Assembly: GCF_964355755.1 (NCBI RefSeq) | Contig: NC_092674.1 | Span: forward strand, 1,302,001-1,366,000 | DNA length: 64,000 nt | Direction of reading: 5' to 3' | Source of the DNA: Antedon mediterranea | Taxonomy: Eukaryota; Animalia; Echinodermata | Shown: positions 38,701 to 50,700 of the stretch, one piece after another | Position numbering within the stretch: the first letter of the stretch is position 1 | How the letters are laid out: each line of letters opens with the position of its first letter | Program-made: the position numbers and the translations under genes | The notes under the pieces: generated by a model | What the model was told of the DNA's origin: nothing | The model's input: only the letters and a program-made list of their open reading frames with translations | Databases searched by the model: none

Positions 38701-41700
38701 CGAGGACGATGTGATTATCTATAAAATGTAAGTATTTTAGGACAACAGTTTTCAAAGGTGAACGTCAAACATACGTCAGTAATATTTAGTAAATTACAAA
38801 TAAAACAGAACAAGCAAGCATGTATATACCAAGGCCAAGGATGAAATAAGTATTCTGAGCTGAAAATGCTTGGAATGAAAGGAGAGGATACAGAGAGTCG
38901 AAAGGAGAGAAAGTAGAAGGGAGAGAAAGTAGAAGGGAGAGGAATTAGAAGGGAGGGGAATTAGAAGGGAGGGGAATTAGAAGAGAGGGGAAGGGAGAGG
39001 AATTAGAAGGGTGGGGAAGTCAGGAAATAGAAGGGAGAGGAAGACAGGAAGTAGAAGGGAGAGGAGATCAGGAAATAGAAGAGAAAGGAAGTAGACACGA
39101 GAAGAAATAGAAGGGAGAGAGAGTAGACGAGAGATAGAGTAGACAGGAGAGGAAGACAGGAAGTAGAAGAGAGAGGAAGACATGAAGTAGAAGGAGAGGA
39201 AGACAGGAAGTAGAAGAGAGAGGAAGACAGGAAGTAGAAGGAGAGGAAGACAGGAAGTAGAAGGAGAGGAAGACAGGAAGTAGAAGAGGGAGGAAGACAG
39301 GAAGTAGAAGAGGGAGGAAGACAGGAAGTAGAAGAGGGAGGAAGACAGGAAGTAGAAGAGAGAGGAAGACAGGAAGTAGAAGAGAGAGGAAGACAGGAAG
39401 TAGAAGGAGAGGAAGACAGGAAGTAGAAGGAGAGGAAGACAGGAAGTAGAGGAATACACAGATTAGAAAGGGGAGATTAGAAAGGAGAGAAAGCCGAGTG
39501 TGGTAATCTTAATGAGATAGACCGTAACAAATACATTTAGTTAAATATTGAGATTTCTACATGTCATTACAAAAGACAGACAAGACTGACTGATACAGTA
39601 CCCTTGCAATTGTGAAATATTACAGTTCAACCTCTAAATGGTTAATCCCGAGATTTAGTTTTCTAGTTATCTTATGACTTGTGGTTTATCTAAGATAAAA
39701 TGATCTTCAGATAGTAATTCAGTTTTAACAAATGGCCGATACTCCTTTACAATGAGCACTGAATTCTTTCACCCTGAAAATTAAGTTTCTAAATACAGCT
39801 AAAGAAATACATAATCTTACCATGTATCTTGACAATTAAATCATTAAGGTGTCTGGGTAGTACCAGTCTATAAACAAAGTATTAGGACCCTATGTATACA
39901 ATCAAGGAGATAACACAAAATAAAGAGAATTTTATTCTTTGTGACCATAAACAAAGACGACAAACACTAATATTTTACTAATGATCGCAGAAGACAATGC
40001 GGTAGTATGCGTATTATTAATTTATTTGTATTCTCCCGTGGGGAGGTCACGATTGGTGTCCAACAACACGTGACATTTGTTGAAATAAATCAGCGTTGAC
40101 ACAATATCTATTGATGGTCATTTTAGTCACTTAATCTGTTTATTATACAGTGGATTGTGGTATTAAGACATCAACTATTATACCTCCTATTCATTGGATC
40201 AGTTTATTATATAATAAAGATAAAAGAGTTAAAGTGATTTTTCTTTTACAATGCAACGAAAGCTGAATTTGTTTCACACACGTGTACTAGATTGTAAAAT
40301 ATTGAAAGAATAGTTTTAAAGAAATCTTTCAATAGCCAATTCTTGGTATTGTATTATGTCCAGTATCATGGGTAAATTCTAGAATACAGTGTCACACATG
40401 TATCACATTTTGCACATGTACAGTATCATAAACATTGAAGCTTTAGCACAGGCACCACAAATTAAGCCGTATGAGACAGTACGTGGATGTGTTTGAGGAA
40501 TGAGGGGTTTGATTATAAACAATAAATAAAATGTTTTTTTTTGTATTTATTGTTTCAATTCATGTAAATAAAAAGCACTTAAAATTACCAAATCTTATTT
40601 GCTAAGTTGTGTTATATGTGTAGATACTTAAATAAGCCAGAAAGTGCTTTAGGGCCAAGTGTCCATAATACATGGTAAATGCACACATCAGTTAAAGAAG
40701 CTAAATAAACATATAAAGTCTTATAAAATAAGATAATTCCCAAAGAGAAAATTGTTTAGTATCGTCACTAGATAAAATGTATTAAATGGCAAATAAGCCA
40801 GAAGGGCTTTAGGGCTGAATCTCCAAAGGACATTGCATTATGGGTAAATAGATAAATCAGTAAACAGTAAGGTAAAGACTTCAAAGACATCAATAAATGA
40901 ATTAAAAGTCCGACCAAAATGCATTGATTATTTAACAGCTATAGCAAGTGTAGCAAATTTGAATTTAATTATTATGTTATTTTTCACATGCTAGTAGAAC
41001 CCATCTTGCACCTTAAAGCTCTGTTTACACTATTAAACTTTATGTGATGTGCCCATATACGGACATGATGATGTCATCACTACATATTTAAGCATATCAC
41101 TACAAAATTTGGGCACATCACACTTTTTTGTCAAAATATTTTGATAGTGTAGACAGAGCTTAATGATGGTAATGAAATTTTAACTGTTAAACAGATAAGA
41201 GTGTATAGTCACATAAACACATAGCACACAAACTGTACATTGGGTTGTCCAATGATAAATGTATACAACTGGCGTCTTATCATCGTCATTGACAATTTAT
41301 TCATTTGACAAAAGAACAACTGGTTACTTAACATCAAGGTTACAAGTGAGATTAACTCTTAAATTAATAAAATACTAATAAATATTAGAAATAGAGTTAT
41401 AGAGCAACACAGTCAAAGTCAATATATCCAAAGAACTATTACTAGTGCTGAATTAAAATTAAGGCTCGATTTATCTTAAATGTTTAATTCAAGGGCTATT
41501 AACAGCAGGTGAGAAGCTAGTATAAAGCCAAGGGGATTGTAGATCTAGATGGGAGAATGCAGCCTAATATACTTCATCAATCTTAATCAACAGAAGCCTA
41601 GCCAGTGGATTGTAATCTCTCACCAAATGTATTGAAAACTACTTCTAATCATTGGAGCTAATTCTTGTGTAACTGGTCTTCTTGCCAAAAAGGGTTGTAA

Positions 41701-44700
41701 TCTTCCATTTAAGTTATCCCTGAAACAGTTCCTATTTAATGTTACCATTTTTAAGTTATTGTAATTAATGTATGCTGTTTTTTTCATGAACTGTTTCTAA
41801 ATAAATGTTGTTTAAGTGTTGTTGATTATGAATAAAAAATAAATACTATAGATTATATAGAGGCGACTATAATATGCATGAAACGAAATAGACGAATCCA
41901 AGACAAATATACTGTATTATAACTGAATTGAATAAAAAATAAAGCCACTTAATCAATCAAGACAATATTTTGTTTAAATAAACAATATAACATAACATTC
42001 CAAAGTAGACAAACAATGATTTTGTTTAAATCTTTAAACTAATAGTTTAATAGTTTTCCTTTAACAATACAAATCTAAAATGACAATCCTATCAACTTAC
42101 TATAATAACAAAAGTATTTAATAAATTAAATCAAGTGTCTATATACAGTGTTAAGTGGATCACATTAGTACAGTCTAATAATAGTGAGTAGGGTCGGCCT
42201 TATTCATCTAACTTTAATTAAACAACCTTCTTAATTTAATTAAACAATAATCTGATTTAGATTAAACTTTTCATTCTGTAACACTGACAGTATTACGACA
42301 TTGTCAACACAGACAAATATTTCTTTTTCCCGTGTGAATATTACAACCAAGTTTTCTAGCCATTCTAAGTTTTACAATTTCTTTTCTTTTTGCTTACTTT
42401 CACATTTTGATTTATAGTATTTTTACTCTATTTTAATGTTGGTCAAGAATTAGCAAACATGGAATTTGGTTGTCAGAAAGAAAATGGTCTAAAAAACAGA
42501 TTTAAATTGTAATAAAAATTGCCATTTTAACATAGATCTGTCTACACTATCAAACTAGTTTGACAACAAAGGTGTGATGTGCCCAGATATGGTAGTGATA
42601 TGCCAAAATATGGTAGTGACATGCCCAAATACGGTAGTGATATGACATCATCATGTCCATATATGGGCACATCCCATTTTTTTATCACATAGATTTGATA
42701 GTGTAGACAGAGCTTTAGATAAATTAAAGTGGTTAAGCTTGGTCATGTAATTTAGCAGGAGTTACTGTAACAAATTGTGTATTTCCATTGGGATCCCGCA
42801 ATCAATAATTATAATTACACGGTCAAATGGTCAAGAAAATCGCTAGTTAATATTTAATGACACCGTATGACTTGAGAGAGAATAAGAATTTCATTAGGTA
42901 TTCAAATCTTCAATCAAAAAATTCAAAATATTGATTACAGTAGATGTTGATACATATAATACATGTGGTAAGTAGATAGCTAATTAGATTGATTGAATAA
43001 CATTAACTTTTAAAAAAGCTTGAAATTCTCAACAAATGCCTTAGCAGATTTGCGGCATAAGGGAAGCTACTTTCCCACTAGTGTATTTTAACATATTATT
43101 TTTAATTTTTATAATGAACAACGTTCTTATATTTTTTCGTGCTTTTTTAAACATATTTTTATGAATCTCTGTACCACAATCAAATGAGTTTCCCAGTTTG
43201 GGATAATAAAGTTTTATTGAAATAAATTAAACATCATTAATGTAATGTTAATTGTTATGAATTTTGTTTAAATTCCTTATATTCAGCATCATTTTTGGGT
43301 ATATTTCTGTATGTTTGTCCTTCAGGCCTATAGAATAAATCTCATTCATGAAATTGAATGCTACCCACACAAATCAAGAGGGAATACATAATAACCCCTG
43401 CCTACCAGTTTACTCTACATTTATTATGTTAAGTACCAGTAAATGTTAATAGCTTTGCAAGTTTCCTCCTCAAAAAATATTGAACAAATGAAACTGATCA
43501 ATTTCTGACACGGATTTAGTCTAACCTTGATTTTTCAATCAATCTCATAAATAATTGATAAAATTCACAGGCCTTATTTTGTTTATTTTTCAGTGATTTC
43601 AGCCTACATTAATGTGTCCTTATACAAATTAATGTAGCAATACAACTGACTAATAGCCAATGAAAATGCTTCATTCACATCTAACAAGCATTTAGTATAC
43701 CTACTAGCCAATCAAAATGCTTCATTCACATCTAACAAGAATTTAGTATACCTACTAGCCAATCAGAATATTTCATTCCAATAATAAGAATTTAGTATGA
43801 CCACCTGCCAATCAGAATGCTTTAATCACAGACAGAACAAGTTCATTCGTTAGCCAGTATTTGCGCAATCAGACTGTGCTTGATGACAACATTATTTTAT
43901 GTAAAATGTTATTACTTGAAAGATGTAAACAGCAATTTGGAAATAATACATATACTGTAAACTATAAACAAGGTAGGAATCACATTGTTGTTTAATGTAT
44001 AATTATTATTAATTAATAGGAAAATTAAAGGGACAATGTAGAATTCTGTGTAAGGATACTGTCAAAAATAAATTCCTTGACATTCATTTAAATTTAACAA
44101 TGGTTTTTGTTTTATCCCGAAAGTAGGAATACATGTTTGAGAGTGGGTAACTTGAAAATTAAGTTGTGGCATTACACCAATTAATACACTCAACTCTCCT
44201 AATACCAGACTCCCCAAAAACCACTGAACTCTCCCGAAACCAGACTTTTCTTGAGTTCCAAAAATCCCCAAAAGTCATTTATACCATTAAAAAAAAATTC
44301 CATACCAGACTTACCAATAAACCAAACATATTACCGTAGGCCAGCCCAAAGGTTTCCAGTATTGGGAAAGTTTACTGTACCTTATTTTCAGACAGACAGA
44401 GCAACATTTTTTTTAAATTACAGCTTTTTAAATATGACATATGTCCTTTTTTAAACTAGAGACTACCACTACCAGTAGAAATTACCTAGTCTTTTGTGGA
44501 AAAAAAGAACTCTCTCTCTCTCCCTCTTAAATGAATATTAGACAGTATGAGCCAATTTAAGTTTTGTCAATTAAATAGTGCAATAGATAAATTTCATTTC
44601 CAGGCATTGTGTCCCAGTGTAACTTAATATTCAGGTAAATTCTCATTAATTATAAAAACTTAATTAAACCCAATATCATAATTCCTATTAATCTGAATTT

Positions 44701-47700
44701 TAAGTAGCAAATTAGCATTTTCTACAATTTTATGAGTGTGCTAAAAGAAATATTATATTTCTATTTCAGATAGTTCTGGCTGGCTAACAGAAAAAATTAC
44801 TAAGAGATATTTTGACAAAACATCAAATTAAATTTATTTGTGGAAAGTTTGGTTTGGATTCACATTAAATAATGTTGGTGTTGTACATTTCAAGAATTCT
44901 ATAAAAGAACAGCTGCTAGATAAATTAGGTATAATCTAGCAACAATTATGGAAAATTTACATCATTTGAATATGCATGAGATGGTTTATAATTACAGTAT
45001 AACAACAGTGGAAACCATGATTTGCATCTATTGAATATGCATGAGATGGTTTACATTTACAGTATAACAACAGTGGAAACCATGATTTGCATCTATTGAA
45101 TATGCATGAGATGGTTTACAATTACAGTATAACAACAGTGGAAACCATGATTTGCATCTATTGAATATGCATGAGATGGTTTACATTTACAGTATAACAA
45201 CAGTGGAAACCATGATTTGTATCTATTGAATATGCATGAGATGGTTTACATTTACAGTATAACAACAGTGGAAACCATGATTTGCATCTATTGAATATGC
45301 ATGAGATGGTTTACATTTACAGTATAACAACAGTGGAAACCATGATTTGCATCTATTGAATATGCATGAGATGGTTTACATTTACAGTATAACAACAGTG
45401 GAAACCATGATTTGTATCTATTGAATATGCATGAGATGGTTTACATTTACAGTATAACAACAGTGGAAACCATGATTTGCATCTATTGAATATGCATGAG
45501 ATGGTTTACATTTACAGTATAACAACAGTGGAAACCATGATTTGCATCTATTGAATATGCATGAGATAGTTACAACACTACTGTATTAAAACAACAGCAA
45601 ATATGGAAACCATAATTTACATTTTTGAATGAGATGGTTAAACTACTTTATGAAATCGCTAGTGAATTTTTCATCTAAAAATGTTGTACGAGAATATAAC
45701 GTATAAATTTGTCGAGGAAGAAAACATTAACTGGAATTCCAGCGTAAATTCAACTAAACATGACAACATTGAATGGTACAACTGGCCTATGTTGTCATTA
45801 TGTTCCGTTATATTACTCTCAATTCTTGGAAATACATTGGTTTGTCTGGCAATAGTTAAAAACAAAAAACTCCAGAATGTTACAAATTACTTTTTATTTT
45901 CGTTGGCAATTGCGGACCTTATGGTAGCTATGCTTGTCATGCCATTTGGAGTTGTTAACAATGTAACGGGTAAGTTTAATATTTATACTAGAATTCAATG
46001 TTAGATATTGAAATTCATTCATTCAATCTTTTATTTCAGAATCCCTGGTCAATAGAATATAAAAAAACTGTACTAATTACTACAACTCATTAGGATGGCA
46101 TTCCACCTGGAGAGAATCTTTGCCTAAGACGTCTATAATTGTTGAGGCTAAAACATATTTTAAATATTTCATTCCAAAATCCAATCAAATGAGAGGAATT
46201 TACTTACGGTAGGTGTTATATAATTTCATATATTTCATATTATAATATAATTATAGTTTATTTATTTTCTTGACAGGTTATTGGTCAATGGGACTAGTGT
46301 TGTGTGATATCTGGGTATCTCTTGATGTTCTATGTTGCACCTCATCCATCCTACATATGTGTTGCTTGTTTGTTGATCGTTACCTCGCGATACAAAACCC
46401 ACTTAAGTATTCGCTTAAACGCAAGACGTTACGTCAAACCGTCACTAAGATAACAAGTCTTTGGATTTTGAGTATAATGATCTCGTTACCGTTATTCATC
46501 GTTGGTCTCTTAAATCCTGAAAAAGTATTACACGACGGAATTTGCGCGCCGATGACGAAGGAATTTGTTTTTTACGGATCAGTTTTCGCATTTTTTATAC
46601 CACTACTTATTGTCATCGTGACATATTCTTTAACAACTTTGATACTTCACAAAAAATCAAAATCCGTAGAAAAGTCAGATAAGTCGAAAAAACGAAGGTT
46701 TAGAACTTTACAGAGAAAACACATTGTGGAAAAGATGCAAAATAAATTTCGATGCAAACAGAAAGTAAATAATAACTCGATTAAAAAGACTTTTCAAACG
46801 CACGAATCAATCGAAATGAAAACGTTAATTGAAAGTACAAATTTAAATCAAATGCAGGAATGTTTTCATGAACCAAATTTCTTACGAAAAAATTCAAAAC
46901 ATTACAACGAAAAGAGAGCGGAGAAGGTCCTCGGAATAATATTTGTATCATTTGTGATTGGTTGGTTACCGTTCTTCACCACAAACATTATCAACGCCAT
47001 GTGTAGTCAATGTATATCTAACAACTCGTTATTTATTTCATTTGAGTGGCTAGGATGGTCTTCAAGCTTGGTCAATCCTATCATTTATACTATTTTTAGT
47101 AAAGATTTCCAGAAAGCCTTTTGCAAACTTCTTTCCGTTGGGGGTTTGTGTCAAAAAAAGATAACAACGAGTAAAGGATTTGAAAATTATCTAACAAATT
47201 TAAAGTACAAAATAAATCAATCGCAAGAGACGCATGTTTAAATAAATATAGCAAAATTAAATTAAAATGCCAAAGACATTGTGTGCAGAATTGTTCAGCA
47301 TTTGGCTGCCTTCTGTCTGTACTGTATGGTTTTATATGAATGAATTGTTCAGCATTTGGCTGCCTTCTGTCTGTACTGTATGGTTTTATTATGAATGAAT
47401 AAATATACCTGAATATTATATTAGCATTTTTTATGAATGTCATGATTGTATATGTTTATCTGATTTGTATAGTAGTGCTAAATTTACATTTCAAACTAAA
47501 AACAACTTTAGAATGCCTAGCTGTAAATTAAATAGAATGACCTCTAGAGGTCAAATTCTGTCTAATTACAGGGTCATCCGACTCAGTGTGCAATTTGTTG
47601 CATTATCAACAAAATTTAGTTGGTTTTTATTTTGAATATATTGTATGTAATGATTAGTTTAATTGAAAAAAAAAAAATTGTTAAATGAATATTCCCCTCA

Positions 47701-50700
47701 TTACACTAAACATAAATAAGACTTGTCATTTTTATTTATTTATTACATTCACCTGTTTGTTCCCAATACATTACCTTCATTATGTAAAAGTAAAACAAAA
47801 ATCAAATAAATATTAAATGTTTAAGACAGTGAGGACATGAGTAGGAGACTTGGATTAGTAAGGCTTAGCATTGGCAATCTTGAGGTCTCACAAACCAAGG
47901 CTGACATCAATCTTAAGTATCTACCACTTTAAGGCTTAACATTCTAAACTATTACATAAAATAATTAAGTACTTAAATGGTCATTATTACAAACTAATTC
48001 AGTGAAATATTTGAATGAACCAAATAAGTAAACATGGTGATGATCTTGTACTGTATCTCAACATTACCTGTCCAGTATCATAGGCTTATTCTGTAATACA
48101 ATATCACATATTTATTCCATGTGACACAGTATTATGTTAAGTTAGGCTTATGGTCTATTATACTGGCATGATATGTGATAGATATGTGACACTGTTTTAC
48201 AGAATGTTCCTATGTTACTGTAGAAATTATCACAGTATCAAAAATATTAATGATTTGAAAGGTACAATCACTGTTTACACACTTCAGACAGATAATGTGA
48301 CCCCTGTTATGTGAAAAAAATATATAAATAACACATACCTCAAAAGTAGGAAGCCAAGTGCAGTGACGGCAGCTCGTCTGACGTCGTCATCTACGTCGCT
48401 AACTGCTACATGGAGTAATCGACGGATTGCTTTATTGTTGCCTGTACCACAGTACGCCAGAGCGATGGTGTACATACCAGAACGCCGTAGGATTGGGTCC
48501 TTGTCTCTGGCAAGACTTTCAATAAGTGTATCGGCCTCTTCCAATCTTCCGTACATTGTCTACAACACAACATACATAATTTGACAAAATACATAATACA
48601 ATCATTACGATTAAATTAAATTGGATATCAAATGCATCGAATTTAAAATAACTGTCTAACAATTACCAAAACAATAGTTATACAATCAACTATCTCAATT
48701 CCAGAATCAGAAATTCTCCCAATACCAGACTTTTCTTGAGGTTGAAAAGGTCCCTAATTCATTGTTACCATTAAAAATACATTCCAAATACCAGACTTAT
48801 TTGGCCAGCTCAAAGGTGTCTGGTATTGGAAGAGTTACTGATTTAAATTACCAAAGCTATGCCAAGACAGAGTCCTCGTAAAATCTTCTCATGTTGAGTT
48901 TCTTGCGCATACTGAAACAAACAAAAACATTTAAGTAAATAAAAGATTACATTCTGTTTTAAATATTAAAATTTACCTAAAACCAATCGCATACATTAAG
49001 TGAATGAAAAAAAAATCAGTTGGGAAATTAAAGTGGGAAAAAACCCATCAAAATCACTTACGCCAACCATGTCTTCAATAGCTTTAGCAGATTTGGATCC
49101 TAACATGACAAGCCCCATAGCTAGGCCAGCCGCTTCACCAGTAATTGCATCGTCCTGGTACAGGTTAAACTTGAGCTGTTCATAGATGTCAAGACGTGCT
49201 GTGCCCATAGCTGCTAGGCCTAGCCCTAAACAACCACCATGACGTACCATCTGCAAGAGAGAAACACACCAGAAACAGAACAATACAATATTATTTTTTC
49301 TCCTATCAGGTTAAGGGAGTGTCATAAATAATCAAGTCAAACCAAGAATAATGGAATTATAAGGAAAGCCTATAAAGCACATACACATACAGTGTGGAGT
49401 CCAGATAAGAGTTACCACATTGTATTATGTCAATATCTCTAAGTCAGTATAACGTCACCCCTAAGATTGACCAACTTTGAAACTTAAAGCTCTGTCTACC
49501 CTATCAAACAAGTTTCACAAAAAAGTGTGATGTACCCAAATATGGCATTGATATGACATCATCATGTTAATATATGGGCACATCACATTTTTTTGTCACA
49601 TAAAGTTTGATAGTGTAGACAGAGCTCAATGAGTATTTGCTTTGCTATAATATCTTACATCAGTGCTAGCATCTTTAAGTTGATTAAGTAGATACTCAGT
49701 GATAGATGAGCCATGGTTAGCATGAATAAGACCTAAAGCATACAGTCCTCCACCTTCCTGGTATGCACTACCAGGACTTGAATCCTTTGGAAGGTATGTA
49801 GACATCAGATTAAGGGCCTCCTTCTCATGACCTTTGTGAATGACCCCTAAGCTAGCTGTTGCGGTAAACTTTGCCCAGTTTGTCGCCCTTGCAAGCCATT
49901 CAAGATTGTCTCTGAAATAAATAAAACCATAACAAATTAATTGAAAAGTAATGGATTTTAAATGTGACGAGAATTATTAAACTTAATTCATCTAGAGGCT
50001 AACTACAAACTACATACATAGGTTAGTAAAACAAGGTAATACAGGTATTTATTATTGTGAATGCAAGTAAATAAAGTTGGAAAAATCAACAAAATCTGTA
50101 AAAGCAGCATTTTTCCGAAATATAAAATAAAGTATTTCAAGTTTTAGCGGTTTACTTTACCTGAGAAAAGCGTCGCTTGTTGTGCCACTGTGCATAAACG
50201 CATTTGATATAACCGTAGCATTATGACAAACTGAATTCCTAACTGCATCCTGAGAAAACAAAATGTTCATTTCTAAGCCTCTGTCTACACTATAAAATTA
50301 GTGTGATGATGTGCCCAAATATAGTAGTGTTATCACATTACAGTGTCGATATATGGGCACATTTTTTGTTACATAAAGTTTGATAGTGTAAACAGAGCTT
50401 AAATATTAAGACAAACAATATCTTATAAATAAAACTGTTTTACTATAATAAACTTGTAAATTTTTATACTACAACAGAGGGCACTATGTAGACCCATTCA
50501 GCGTGCGAGATGAGCAGGGCCTATTCCTAAACAGCGTGCGAGATGAGCAGGGCCTATTCCTTAAACAGCGTGCGAGATGAGCAGGGCCTATTCCTAAACA
50601 GTATGCGAGATGAGCAGGGCCTATTCCTAAACAGCGTGCGAGATGAGCAGGGCCTATTCCTAAACAGCGTGCGAGATGAGCAGGCCCTATTCCTAAACAG

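Noticed and set aside
38977-39459. 160-aa Ser/Leu/Phe ORF
   Set aside because: Translation of the polypyrimidine strand of a simple repeat.
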